A stretch of 33,887 nt of DNA from Octopus bimaculoides. Lineage: Eukaryota. The stretch covers positions 70,028,011 to 70,061,897 of the forward strand of contig NC_068986.1 of NCBI RefSeq assembly GCF_001194135.2, in the 5' to 3' direction. The notes under the pieces were generated by a model. It did not search any database and was not told where the DNA came from. It saw nothing but the letters and a program-made list of their open reading frames with translations. This document shows, in pieces, positions 1 through 12,570 of this stretch. Within the stretch, counting starts at the first letter, position 1. Every line of letters begins with the position of its first letter. The position numbers and the translations under genes were made by a program.

Positions 1-4
1 TATA

Positions 5-520
5 CAGGGTTGGCCCAAAGTCACCCGACAGTAAATCACAATTCTATGTATACATAATATTCAATTTTATTTATTCATTTGGAAAAACGTGTCACTCAAG
101 AAGGACTTCAGTTTGAACAATTTTCATGATGTTTCATATTTAGATACTTTTATTAGATTCATTCAGTTGTTAAGCATAACTAAATCTTAAGCATGCGCCA
201 TCTCGATCAGATCTATCCACAGAAACTTCCAAATAATGTGATGCATCTCAAAGTGTGTAGGTAAAGAACTTGGCGTGAGAGGAGCCCTGATCAGTTTAGA
301 TCAATCAAATGTTTTCCACAGGGTCGTCAGTTCTCAAGACCGCCGGTTTCAGCCCCATTTTTTCCATGGTTAGACTGCCGTAGTGGACAGCGACATCTGC
401 TCAGTGGTTAGGGTGAATAGACACCTGTTGGAACCATTCAGTATCATGCGCTTGGATTGTCAAGTTTGTCTCCTCTCGTCTCTTCTGTCTGTAAATACTG
501 ACACTTGAGTCTCTACGCAC
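5..520 (-). mobile_element. Tc1/mariner-like DNA transposon remnant (one TIR plus decayed internal sequence)
   Basis: Window opens with TA|CAGGGTTGGCCCAAAGTCACCCGACAG, a Tc1/mariner-style terminus after TA. The minus strand near 180-220 gives a weak, frameshifted transposase-end-like peptide (DRDGA). No partner TIR seen, and the right boundary is approximate. Confidence 0.5.
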
Positions 521-1099
521 GAATTAGTATATGGAAAAATCGAGTCGGTATACTCGGACGACGTCACAACCAAGTGATCGGCACAGTTCAAAGGGACTAC
601 ATGACAGTGACATGAGTAAAAATCAAGGAAGAAAAGTCAATGGGCCTGCAGCTCAGCACCTGGAGAGGCGGGTTCATTTGTCTTCTTTTTTTTTAATTAC
701 TATTTGTAATATTGTCAATTTTCTTTAAAAAAAGCATCGATACGTTGGACAAAATAATAATATAAACTGGCGAAAAATGTAACATAGAAGGAAGGAAATC
801 GAATTTAATTGAACTAAAGTGGTGGTGGAGAAATAAATGTGTCGAACATTGACTTGGCAAGAAGCAGGCTTACTGTATCCATGACAACCATAGATGACAT
901 CAAAGAAAGAAAAAAGAATAGTGTCATCCACTTTAAACTAGCTTGCTGATACTGAAGAAAAAATCAACAACAATGATGGCAGTAGTAATAACAGCGAAAA
1001 TATGAACAAGTTAAACTTCAATTGCAAAAACAACGGTGGTAACGGCAGACCCACTATGATTCTCAGGAATACGACATCGAGAACAGATCCATTACCAAC

Positions 1100-1790
1100 A
1101 TAACAAAAATGAGCTCATTTGCAAACTTTATACAACAATTATGTGTAAAACATACCTTTGACAATGAGTTTAAGAAGGAAAACAGATACTGTTTGCTTCG
1201 ACCAAATTTTCTAGCCTGCCCACCAGGAGAGAAAGAACTAATTGGAAGGAGAATTATAATGCATAGATACATATATAAATAATCAGAAAATTAGACAATC
1301 CATGCTCAACGCAAGCCCAGAAATGTTTGAAAGATGCATGGGGTGTGATATGCTACGTGGGGAGACGAAAGAAATAGAAGACGATAGTGGCCCTATGTCT
1401 TAATACAGAAGAGGTAAAGAAAATAGCAGCAAATAGTGCATCACAGATTAATTCATGTTATTACAAACGTATCAGTGGAGAGGTGTAAATAAGGTAACAT
1501 TCCCAAATATACCAGAAATACTAAGCGAAAAATATTTGACATTGATACTGACAGGCCATAGTGAAATTATCACCATAATATCTTCTTCTCAGAAGGGTGC
1601 TGCGATCAAATTAGAAATGGAGATTCTGCTCACATCACAAATTTTTCAGCGGATTCCCCACCGCGTCCACATGAGAGCAGGAAAGACATATGAGTTGTGG
1701 TCGACGGTAAGAAGGCTAGCTGTCACTCATGCTGGAGCACTAATTGTCAGAAAGCATTATATCCTTAAACAGAATGATCGTAAGCTCCCT
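1100..1790 (+). mobile_element. Decayed L1/Tx1-like LINE ORF1 fragment
   Basis: IPHRVHMRAGKTY is followed, after a frameshift near 1692, by VVVDGKKASCHSCWSTNCQKALYP (1694-1765). This is a degenerate CX2CX4HX4C knuckle in the context typical of Tx1 ORF1. Boundaries approximate. Confidence 0.55.
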
Positions 1791-2082
1791 TGTTGTTGAC
1801 CCATAACCACAACACCAGATGAACAACAACGAAACCAGCAACAAAGTAGTAATAACAGCAACAAAAACAGATCCAACAGAAGGAACCAAAACCATTGCCA
1901 TATATCAGTGAAGAGACTTGCTACCACCATCCTCGAAAATTAAAGCCTCCAAAGAGCGTCCACCTCCCAAAACTAACATCAACATTAACTCTGACACCGA
2001 CACAAGTAATAAAAAAATCAATCATTTGTATCAATCAGCCCTCATCTTATTTCCCGGTATAGGACAATGCCAAGGTTTAATT

Positions 2083-2084
<2 letters not shown>

Positions 2085-2120
<36 letters not shown>

Positions 2121-2222
2121 TGATATTATTATCATTATCATCATCATCGCCATCGTCATCATGTTCGTCATCATCATCCTCATCCTCGTTATTGTCATCA
2201 TCATCATCATCATTATTATTGC

Positions 2223-2258
<36 letters not shown>

Positions 2259-2265
2259 TATTATT
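2085..2265. repeat. (TAT)n/(CAT)n compound trinucleotide microsatellite
   Basis: Direct reading; source of the poly-I/M/S/D ORFs. Confidence 0.97.
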
Positions 2266-2268
2266 GTC

Positions 2269-2437
2269 AAGGCGGCGAGCTAGCAGAACCGTTAGCACGC
2301 CGGGCGAAATGCTTTGCGGTATTTTGTCTGCCACTACGTTCTGAGTTCAAATTCCGCCGAGGTTGACTCTACTTTTCATCCTTTTGGGGTTGATAAATTA
2401 AATACCAGTTGAGTACTGGTGTAATCGATTAAACCCT
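2269..2437 (+). mobile_element. SINE family A (tRNA-derived head)
   Basis: AAGGCGGCGAGCTAGCAGAACCGTTAG A-box region, GAGTTCAAATTCC B box, and the conserved TTTCATCCTTTTGGGGTTGATAAATTAAATACCAG block shared with other copies in the window. Confidence 0.92.
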
Positions 2438-2447
2438 NNNNNNNNNN

Positions 2448-2485
<38 letters not shown>

Positions 2486-2494
2486 TATTATTAC

Positions 2495-2570
<76 letters not shown>
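2448..2570. repeat. (TAT)n microsatellite adjacent to gap
   Basis: Direct reading. Confidence 0.97.
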
Positions 2571-2571
<1 letters not shown>

Positions 2572-3953
2572 TGTAAAGACGACATAAGGCAAGAGGCAAG
2601 TTATAACATGTCATTTATACTCTAAACGAATTCTATATTTTTCATGCTGAGAGAAACAAAACTGATGTTTTTATAATTATTTTGAAAAATTAGCGCGAAG
2701 GAAATAGATGATCACATTGTTATATATAGAGAGGAGATCTAGTATATAAAATATATAGGAAAAGGAAGGGGATGTAGAATTGAAGTGTGCAGTAGACCAT
2801 GACAAGAGAAGAGGTGCTGGTGTCAAGTACGATTGATCAGAGAAGCCAGCGAGAGAATGATAGAGTTATAAAGCTATGCAGAAAGGCTTGTTCCTGAAAA
2901 AAAATATGTGAAAAGTGTGTAGCGTAGCGTGTAATTGAACGGAGTGAGAGGAAGTATGTTGATGACGTGAGGCATTCTAGCCAACTGCACATATTGAAAA
3001 GAGCAAAAATCAAATTTCAACTGAATAATTTGTTAAAGAATAAACTTCTTTTCCAATTACTTTCTGCTTTTCTCATTTCACCACTGCCCAGCTCTTTCCC
3101 TAATTCTTCTCGCTTTATTCATCTGTTCCCCACAGATGTCATGTCTGAAACTTTTATGGATATAATTGAATAAATTAGGTTTGAAAATCATAGAGGTAAG
3201 TCGATAACATACAAGGATCTTATACCCAGTGCAAAATATATCGGACGAAGGAAAATTAGGTAAATATTTTAGATAACAAGTAAAATACAACATCGCACTA
3301 ATTATGGCATCAGTTAAGAAAGATTAACATTTCTTATTAATTTACGAAATAATAAACTGATTAACAACACAATATATAATGCTTTTAATTCAGTAAATTT
3401 ATCTTTAGTTTTCTTTCATACAATAAATGATAGACAAACTTCTACACACATGCTATTTGTTTACTGTTGAACCTTCTAAACCCAATTAATAAACGAGTCT
3501 ATAACCAAATGTATAGACAAGGCATTTCACCATTTAGAAAAGGAATATCGGTTTTATTTTTACTAAGGTTTAATCATAAAATGGTAGATCGCTTATATAA
3601 ACGGTAACAGTATAATGAAAAATAAACCAGTCTTATCTCATCTTACACAAGGGAAAATGTTAAAACTGGCAAGCTATTTGTATTAATTATACTAATATTG
3701 AAACTACTGAATGCATACATAGACACTAATCACTTTGAAATGTAATACAAATATAGCCATTATTTTCATAAGAAGATGTGTATGTGTGTGTATACATACA
3801 TGCATACACACACGTACCTATATATACATACATACATACGTACATACATGCACATACACGCGTGTGTGTGTGTGTGTATATATATATATATGTATATGCA
3901 TATATATAAATATATATATATATGTGTATGTATGTATGTATGTATGTATGTTT

Positions 3954-4115
3954 GGTGCAGACATGGCGCTGTGGTATAAAGTTTTCTAGTCAATCGCATG
4001 GTTCCGAGTTCAGTCCCACTGCGTGGCGCCTTGGTCGAGTGTCTTCTACAGTTTCGAGTCGACCGAATACTTATGAGTGGATTTAATAGACGGAAACGGA
4101 AAGAAACCCGCCGTG
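3954..4115 (+). mobile_element. SINE family B, 5' half
   Basis: GAGTTCAGTCCCACTGCGTGGCGCCTTGG..GTGTCTTCTAC..GTGGATTT..AGACGGAAAC matches the full copy at 5963; flanked by AT/GT microsatellites. Confidence 0.9.
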
Positions 4116-4118
4116 TAC

Positions 4119-4149
<31 letters not shown>

Positions 4150-4730
4150 AAATCAAAGATAGATCAGAAAAAACACAACAAACGGAAACCGTCACAACAC
4201 AACATGCAGGAAAAGGACGAAAGCACGACAACGGCAAACAGGACAAACCAAGATACACGGATCATTCGCAACCAATTGCCTCTTCAGTCGAAATCCGGAA
4301 TGTCTACGTAGTTTCGCCCATTTACTTCCGATACTACTCGAAACCGGCTGGCCCAAGGACTCAAGCTAAAAACATTAAGCCCCTGCGCAAGGCAACAAAT
4401 GTACATATACGAAAACAAATAAGTAAACAACAGAAAGGGTTTTTCGACTATCGGACGAACGTAACATATGAAATAGAATTATACATATACAATGGACAAG
4501 CGCCTGTCGGCTATGCAACAAAAGGAAAATAGTTATACAATTACAACAAAAATTAAACAAAACAAAACAAACGAGATCTTTTGACTATCAGACGAGTGTA
4601 GTAAGCTTGCGCAAGGAAAATGGGAAAAAATCTTAACTGACCAGGCGGCAGAACAGAACAGAACAGACGTGACTGACCTCAACGGTGCCCCGCCGACCGA
4701 AAAAGGACGACAACGCCTGAACCGGACATA
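4150..4730 (-). mobile_element. Unclassified interspersed repeat, possibly Penelope-like terminal region
   Basis: Hammerhead-like CTGAAGAG-stem-GAA motif on the minus strand (4258-4297), plus internal diverged repeats (TTTTCGACTATCGGACGAACGTA / TTTTGACTATCAGACGAGTGTA). Classification is inference. Confidence 0.35.
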
Positions 4731-4739
4731 CACACACAC

Positions 4740-4786
<47 letters not shown>

Positions 4787-4946
4787 NNNNNNNNNNNNNN
4801 NNNNNNNNNNNNNNNNNNNNNNNNNNNNNNNNNNNNNNNNNNNNNNNNNNNNNNNNNNNNNNNNNNNNNNNNNNNNNNNNNNNNNNNNNNNNNNNNNNNN
4901 NNNNNNNNNNNNNNNNNNNNNNNNNNNNNNNNNNNNNNNNNNNNNN

Positions 4947-4989
<43 letters not shown>

Positions 4990-5348
4990 CTAATCTATAC
5001 ATGTAGTTGTATAAAGGAAATAAAAGAAGTTGAAAATGCACTGACACTGTATTAGATTAATTTATATCAATATTAATACAATTAGTCGCTTTCACATTTG
5101 TATCATTTTCGAAAGTGCCTTACAAATTAATAAACTAATTACAGTACAAGAAGAAATACACTGCTGTAAATCTATTAATTAACACATTTACTAATGTACG
5201 CATACTGCACCTAAAAATCTATTTCTTGGATCATGTGCACATTATTAAAAACTCCTTAAGCAGACCACACCTGTCAACAATACATCGTAAGAGTGTACGT
5301 TACAAATGATTCATAAATTTGATTCCAAATCTTTAAGTTACAAACATC

Positions 5349-5560
5349 AAATTTTGGCGCAAGGTCAGCAAGTTCCGGTGAGTGATAAGTCGATTACATC
5401 GACCTCAATTCACAACTGGTACTTATTTTATCGACTCCAGAAGGATGAAAGGTAAAGTCGACCTCGGCGGTATTTGAACTGAACTGAGAACGTAAAGACA
5501 GACGAAATACTGCTAAGCATCTTACCCAGCGTGCCCTACGATTCTGCCAGCTCGCTGCTT
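5349..5560 (-). mobile_element. SINE family A, near full length
   Basis: Reverse complement of the family A head, central block and 3' GGTCGATGTAATCGACTT..CCTTGCGCCAAAATTT tail. Confidence 0.92.
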
Positions 5561-5962
5561 TTATTATTGATATATTTGCCATACAATTGTGACACCCTCC
5601 TATTACATCGCCATACACTTAAAGCAGCAAAAACCGAAGTAGAAAAAAAAAATCATTTATAGAAAACAGATTTATATTCACTAGAATTACTCCACAAATG
5701 TAGACAATCAATGATCGACTGTGTCTATACGTGTGGATTTGTTTTCATATTGTATACACTAGGGTAGAAATAATATCCATAATTTTTATGCATTTTTTTC
5801 CTTATATTTTAATTTACATTTTCTCTCATTGAAAGCTTTAAGGCGGGTGCACACATTTCTTTTCCATAGAATCTCACAAAATCAAATATGTTTCTGTGTT
5901 CTCATGAAAGCAGAAATGTAACGTTTTGAACAAGTCTCTGCTCAAAATTTTAAAATTTTATA

Positions 5963-6368
5963 GGCGTAGGAGTGGCTGTGTGGTAAGTAGTTTGCTTACC
6001 AACCACATGGCTCCGGGTTCAGTCCCACTGCATGGCACTTTGGGCAAGTGTCTTCTACTATAGCCTCGGGCCGACCAAAGCCTTGTGAGTGGATTTGGTA
6101 GACGGAAACTGAAAGAAGCCCGTCGTATATATGTATATATGTATGTGTGTGTGTATATGTTTGTGTGTCTGTTTTTGTCCCCCTAGCATTGCTTGACAAC
6201 TGATGCTGGTGTGTTAACGTCCCCGTAACTTAGCGGTTCGACAAAAGAGACCGGTAGAATAAGTACTAGGCATCCAAAGAATAAGTCTTGGGGTCGATTT
6301 GCTCGACTAAAGGCGATGCTCCAGCATGGCCACAGTCAAATGACTGAAACAAGTAAAAGAGTAAAGAG
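5963..6368 (+). mobile_element. SINE family B, full length (tRNA-derived, CORE-like motif, internal microsatellite)
   Basis: TGGCTGTGTGG A box, GGTTCAGTCCC B box, CORE-like TTGGGCAAGTG, internal (AT/GT)n, and 3' CAGTCAAATGACTGAAACAAGTAAAAGA. Probably one of the described octopus tRNA-derived SINEs (OK/OR families), but the assignment is unverified. Confidence 0.95.
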
Positions 6369-6859
6369 AGGTTGCTGTTTAATTGTACTTCAGCGTCGGC
6401 AGTAGGGCGTGGACCTGACAGATCAGATTCCTTGCTTTGATCTAGCAGGATGTAATGCAAGGGATCTTAAATACAAGACAATGGATGAGGCCCTGATATT
6501 CCTAGTTAGATGGAAACTGCGGGACCACATAGAGCAGCGCCCTGTGACTCCTATAGTATCCGCAACCTAAACCCCTAAAACAAGGGGGCGTCCTGTGGGA
6601 CACCTAGATGAGATGTACTTCAGCTCTGAGTGAGGGAACCTATGATCAAAGGCTTATCCGCTATGACTATCTTTCCCCTTCATAAATCAGCGACTATATT
6701 GTATTGAGTATTAGTAAGCTACTAAGGTATGATTTATGGAGATTTGGTTTATATTTCTAGCATATTTGGCGATTTTGTGGATACTACCGTATTGACTTAG
6801 AATACCTAGATATGTTTCGGCGAAAGTTTGACCCAGGCCATATCTAACTTGATAGCGCC

Positions 6860-7520
6860 ATCAAATAGATCTGTTAAGTCATTCTTAAGTCAAGTTTTGT
6901 GGTGTCATAGTCCATTCAAGTAAGGAGTTGTTGTTGACTGAGATGTATCTATGTTTAGATAGTTTATCTGGTATCTCTTGAAGAAATTTGTCCAGAAAAT
7001 TATTCATTCAATTAAACACTATGATAAAATAATCCATAAAACGGTGACCGACTGGAAAAGGCATTGAGTTTTAAAAAATAATGAAGGCTCATAAAGTTAA
7101 CTCTAATGCAATCATGGACAAATATTTGGTGACCTATCATTTCAGAAATTACAGTAGAACTGATCAACAATACAAAAAGGAAATTTTATGAAATGATCTC
7201 ATTATATATGATCTTAAACGGATATTCATTGTTATTCTGCGAAATCTTACCAAGCGTATCTCCACGCCAATAAAATTCAAATATTGTTTCAGCTAGAACA
7301 GTCTGTATACCTTGAACACTTTCTACTATTTGAAGTGGGTCATTAAGACAAGTATAAACCGAATAGCTTTTCAAAGACGGAAAATTTAATTGTGGAAGTT
7401 CGGAACGGGTTGTTAAAATAGGACTAGATAAACAAATTTTTAAAAAAACTGTCAGTATGGTGAAAGACCGTGCATTGATAATAGTGTCGTCATGGGCGTT
7501 ACTATCAGAACACAAAAAGC
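6860..7520 (-). mobile_element. CR1-clade LINE ORF2 3' remnant
   Basis: Minus strand encodes LDKFLQEIPDK (about 6963-6995) and IVESVQ (in ORF 7186-7515), matching CR1 ORF2 C-terminal motifs; many stops and frameshifts. Confidence 0.75.
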
Positions 7521-7581
7521 CGGATCAGATAACGCAAGGCATCCTCCATGATCCCATCGAACAGTTCTCCAAACCTACACT

Positions 7582-7655
7582 CCTGGATTGATATTTTTAT
7601 GGACCCCCAAAGGATGATAGGCAAAGTTGACCACAGCGAGATTTGAACTCAAATC
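7582..7655 (-). mobile_element. SINE family A internal fragment
   Basis: GACCCCCAAAGGATGATAGGCAAAGTTGACC..GATTTGAACTC is the reverse complement of the family A B box plus central block. Confidence 0.8.
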
Positions 7656-9479
7656 GCAACAAATACTAAAAGATATTTTAACAAATGTTCTAAATACAAC
7701 TTATTCGTCGACTTTCGTCTAAATATAAAATCTATATAAATAAAAAGGATCGTGTCAAAAGTGTAATGTTATACAGATTACAGTTCATGTAAAATATATA
7801 AATGAAATTTTGTCATTTTAGGAATTCAAACCGTAAAAGACTATAGTGCTCATTAATATGCATGAAAAATATGGTGTCCTTTTCCACATTATATTAAATA
7901 CGCCTTTTACGATTAGTTCAAACAGTCTTTTTTATTTCTCTTGAACAATATACATAGTTTAATTTCACGCCAACCTTTAAACGATAAATTGATTAACCAA
8001 CTGAAGTATTTTGATTCAATAATGAAATACGATTATAAATTGAACTCGTCAAATTAGAAAGTCCTGCAGTTTGAATCCATTATGAAATCAATTAGCGTTA
8101 ATGAGATGATTTCAGTAGATGAATAGCTGGTGTCAAAAGCAGATTTTCAACTATCGAAATCTGTTAATTACATCTTAAAAACAATAAAAAAAAAAGAAAA
8201 TGAAGCGTCAGTCAGTGACTACTTGAAGAGATCACTCGATACTTTTAATTTACTTCTATGTGGTCAAAGATGTTGAACAAAAGTAAGTACAGTCTCGACA
8301 ATTTGAATTTGATTTAATCGATTATGCTAATTGGATGAAAATATAAGCTCAAATAACAAAAGCCAGCAAATTGAAATAGAAAGCCACCGAATAAATTCAA
8401 TTTCAATTTTACCATAATGATTGACACAAAGTGACAAACGGTTTTCTCTTATTTTTTAATAATTGAGTTGAGAACTATATGAATATTTACTAGAAAAAGA
8501 ATATAACGTTTGATATTCAAATAATAGTCTTCCCTTATAACCTGTTATTTTTAGCGAATATAATTTGAAATGAGTAAACAAAGAAAAGTGTTGAATGAAA
8601 TTTTTGTGTATATATATATATATCTTTTGTATTAAACTAATACAATAAACACTACGTTTGTTATTGCAATAACAAACATGAGCTTTCACGCGTACGGCAC
8701 AGTAAACATTTGAGATGAAAATGGAAATGGCATTGAACCAGATGCGTTTTTCATTTAATTTAGTTGTAAAATAAGTCATATAAATGTGTGTATACGGCAT
8801 ATATATATATATNNNNNNNNNNNNNNNNNNNNNNNNNNNNNNNNNNNNNNNNNNNNNNNNNNNNNNNNNNNNNNNNNNNNNNNNNNNNNNNNNNNNNNNN
8901 NNNNNNNNNNNNNNNNNNNNNNNNNNNNNNNNNNNNNNNNNNNNNNNNNNNNNNNNNNNNNNNNNNNNNNNNNNNNNNNNNNNNNNNNNNNNNNNNNNNN
9001 NNNNNNNNNNNNNNNNNNNNNNNNNNNNNNNNNNNNNNNNNNNNNNNNNNNNNNNNNNNNNNNNNNNNNNNNNNNNNNNNNNNNNNNNNNNNNNNNNNNN
9101 NNNNNNNNNNNNNNNNNNNNNNNNNNNNNNNNNNNNNNNNNNNNNNNNNNNNNNNNNNNNNNNNNNNNNNNNNNNNNNNNNNATATATATATATATATAT
9201 ATATACATATATACATTCATACACACATACGTATATACATATATATGTGTGTATATATATATATGTACACACACACACCTTTTCATCACATTGATAACTA
9301 TTCTAACATCGTGATATTTTTCAGAAATAATATCGGTAACGCAGTTAGAACACTTAAAAAGTATTATTTTCTACGCAATTTTCAATCACGTTCTCCCTAA
9401 TCTACTTTACAAATCCTACGCAGAAATGTTTCGACACTATCCCGAATGACAGCATTTTGATTACTCTTTTCACCTTCTG

Positions 9480-9600
9480 AGATGTTAGCTCAGCCATATC
9501 TTTACATTCTTCCACAACTATACCAATGACCTATTCACATATCACTTCCAGATGCAGTACACTGATAAGACTACTCTACATTTCTCATCCAGGTACTTTA
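9480..9600 (+). mobile_element. Decayed non-LTR reverse transcriptase fragment (L2/CR1-like)
   Basis: Translates as FHNYTNDL..QYTDKTTLHFS, resembling the YINDL..YADDTTL RT motifs. Confidence 0.45.
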
Positions 9601-10340
9601 ACCCCGTAAAAATGTCCATACATTCGACAATAAAGACTTGAAAATTCCTTTGTTCAGTAGGACCATAATACACACATTATAGATACTTAATATAGATATC
9701 AAACCAATAAATTTGCAACATTGCATTATCCTTATTCTTAGTAAACCTGTGATAAGATCACGATCATACCAAGGGTAACGGTTGTACTTCAGTAGTAAAC
9801 GTCTCTCAATCAGACTGAAAGACACACACATGAAGTAGTGCGCTTTACAACTTAAACACGACATTCCAATTTTCTTTCAAGAAAACGCAACCAACTGTAA
9901 AACTGTCACAAGCAATTATTGTTTCACATTTGATCAGAATCACGTCTTCATGAGAATTAATTTAGAATGTATCAAGTGTACGGCTCTAATGCCATAACTT
10001 TAGAGTACTTTTAAGTGAATTGAATCTATTGAAAATAATAATGTCAATTCTAGAATAACGAAAGCATAGAATCTACTTGCACTGCTTCGTGATTAAGCCA
10101 AAGCATTGGTAACAGTAACACTCTGATAACAGAAGCAATGGAAAAGTTTCTTTGAAGGTCTAATACGGGAAGGTTGCAACGTTTACTGTACTTATAGCCT
10201 TATGTTTACCCTCCAAGTGTATCTTACACGTTTTCATTCTATATTAACTAACTTCTATGTAGATGACACACCAACCTCCACTTCTTGCTAACATTCCAAG
10301 CGCGCTTCTCATTCTCACTGAGTATTTGAAAATATGCGTA

Positions 10341-10430
10341 GCACGTGAACACTCTTCATGTGAATATTCTGCATGTGAATATTCTGCACGTGAACACTCT
10401 GCGCGTGAACATTCTATACGTGAACATTGA
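10341..10430. repeat. 15-bp minisatellite, 6 units, consensus GCACGTGAACATTCT
   Basis: Units start at 10341, 10356, 10371, 10386, 10401 and 10416. Confidence 0.95.
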
Positions 10431-10596
10431 TTACAAATCTAAAACAGTTCAGACCGTAACCGTACCTCCACCTAAGATTTGCTTATCAAATTTTCTTTCA
10501 TCTTGCTGTCATCCATCTTGTCCTGCTTTTACAGTGATCTCCCGTTCTTTGAATTTGCCACTTATATACTATCCATATCCAAATCTGACAATATTC

Positions 10597-10785
10597 TGTG
10601 AGCTAGCAGAGACGTTAGCACACCGGGCGAAATGCTTAGCGGTATTTCGTCTGTCGTTACATTCTGAATTCAAATTCCGCCGATGTCGACTTTGCCTTTT
10701 ATCCTTTCGGGATCGATAAATTAAGTACCAGTTGCCCCTTCTCCAAGACTTTCGGGCCTTGTGCCTTGAATAGAAAAGAATATTC
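10597..10785 (+). mobile_element. SINE family A
   Basis: Head, B box and central block match 2269; possible TSD AATATTC at 10590-10596 and 10779-10785. Confidence 0.92.
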
Positions 10786-12499
10786 CCGTTTGTCCTTCCT
10801 TCAACCATTCCAACTTAGCACCAATCTTCCACTTCCGAACTGCATCTATCTGCAATAGCATTCCACTTTACATTTTTCTTCTTAATAATTGCACCTTAAA
10901 ATTTCGAACTTCACATTAACTGTTGAACCTCACCAGATTAACCGTATGGAAAAGTCCTCCTCGGCATAAATGTAAGAAAAACTACAAATGCCTCTTTCTC
11001 CATGAATTCAATACTTCTAACTTTAATCATAACTATCCTCTTTCACTACCCAACGTAATTCTAAAATCTTATACAATTATTTCTCTGGTATCGTTTCCTC
11101 TACGATTTCCTCGCCAATATTTCATAAAATCATTAAAGTGTCACAATTCAATTGCAACATTCACTTCAGTAACCACACTTTACATCTTAGTAGGAACTAA
11201 AAGTACTATAGACATTGCTCTTTTCTTCAAACTCATAATATGGGACGAAAGAAAATCTTGTACTATGCATTTTCTTATATACGTATTTCGGACATTTTTG
11301 ATGTTAGCTCATAAACTTTAAACAGCCGTGCTGTTTTCCAATACTGTCCCCATTAAACAGTTCCTACGTTTCATTTATAAAGACGAAAAGAGGTAATAAA
11401 TACAATTATTATAAAGAATAGATTCCGATCTCCTCAGTTTACACCAAAATGTGTTTTGCAGTCACAATATATTCCTATAATTTTATAAGAAATCTTGTTT
11501 GTCAGATTTAATGGTTCAAATTCTATATACAACGAATCTAATAAAGAACATACAAGAAGCTGACATGATCGTTTAAATGTGATATATTGAAGTAGTTATC
11601 TTGTCTTTCACATATTTCATTTGAAATTTTTAAACTGGTTATTTCATTTTGTACAATTATTCTGAGATCATTCTTTTTTTTTATTTATTCCATTTATTTA
11701 TTCACATTTACATTTCAATAATGTTCCAAACCCTACCACGGAGATGGCATCATGTATCATAAAAGCAGCTCAAGTGCTAGAATGGTGAGGAAAAGATAAA
11801 GGAAATATTTTCGTTTACCAATTCTATTCTTATGTTTTTAAAAATCGATATATTTCTCTAGACACATAGGATGTATATAAATCTATATAAAAATACGTTC
11901 AATGTGTCTTTTTCTGCATACTTTGTCATGCTTTGTGCCTGAAGGCATTTAGGTAAGTAAATCCAATACACTTTGGTGGAAAGAAACACTCAAATTGAAG
12001 CTGTGGAAAACTATTTCTCGTTCTGTTTTATTTTTATCCTTTTCAATCTCTCTAGCTCGTTTTATCTTTATAGATATGTATAAGCATATGCATATATGGA
12101 AGCGCATCGATGTGTACGTATGCACCACTGTAAATAGAAACCATAAAACAGTATTGAATGACCATTTGCAATGTATTTCATATGTATTAGTATGTGAACA
12201 TGCATGGGTGACTGAAGCTGTGCATGCGAAGGTGTTCAAATATAAGAATATACAGGTGTATATGCAAAGGTTTGCATACATCACGAACACGAGTTTTACA
12301 TTATTTTATCCATTGGGTTTTATTGCATTTTATTTTATTTTATTTTATTTTATTGACTTGCATGCAGTACCCATCAATGTACTTGCAGGCATATATGTAC
12401 AACATTTATTTGACTGTGTGCGTACACGTGTACTGTGTATGTCATATGTTTTGTCAACATATCGTTATGCAGTTGTGCGCTAGAATGCGGCAAGTGCTA

Positions 12500-12526
12500 G
12501 TGATGATGATGATGATGATGATGATG

Positions 12527-12568
<42 letters not shown>
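12500..12568. repeat. (GAT)n-(GT)n compound microsatellite
   Basis: Direct reading. Confidence 0.95.

Positions 12569-12570
<2 letters not shown>

Larger units (their letters stand above)
10200..11100 (+). mobile_element. Decayed L2/CR1-like LINE, interrupted by a minisatellite and a SINE
   Basis: FYIN*L followed by FYVDDT at about 10237-10270; the downstream pyrimidine-rich coding-like sequence is only weakly assignable. Right boundary approximate. Confidence 0.4.

Noticed and set aside
1918-2614. Overlapping ORFs rich in I, M, S, D, N and Y
   Set aside because: They are translations of (TAT)n/(CAT)n microsatellites in several frames.
5963-6040. tRNA gene-like A and B boxes (also in all other SINE heads)
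   Set aside because: No cloverleaf; they continue into SINE bodies repeated across the window.
8456-9400. Long ORFs of 146-277 aa (likewise near 13.8-14.6, 15.3-15.9, 25.7-26.5 and 31.3-32.1 kb)
   Set aside because: Their length comes from N-gaps translated as X plus flanking dinucleotide repeats.
10341-10430. CRISPR-like regular repeats
   Set aside because: Contiguous 15-bp units without spacers, in eukaryotic DNA.
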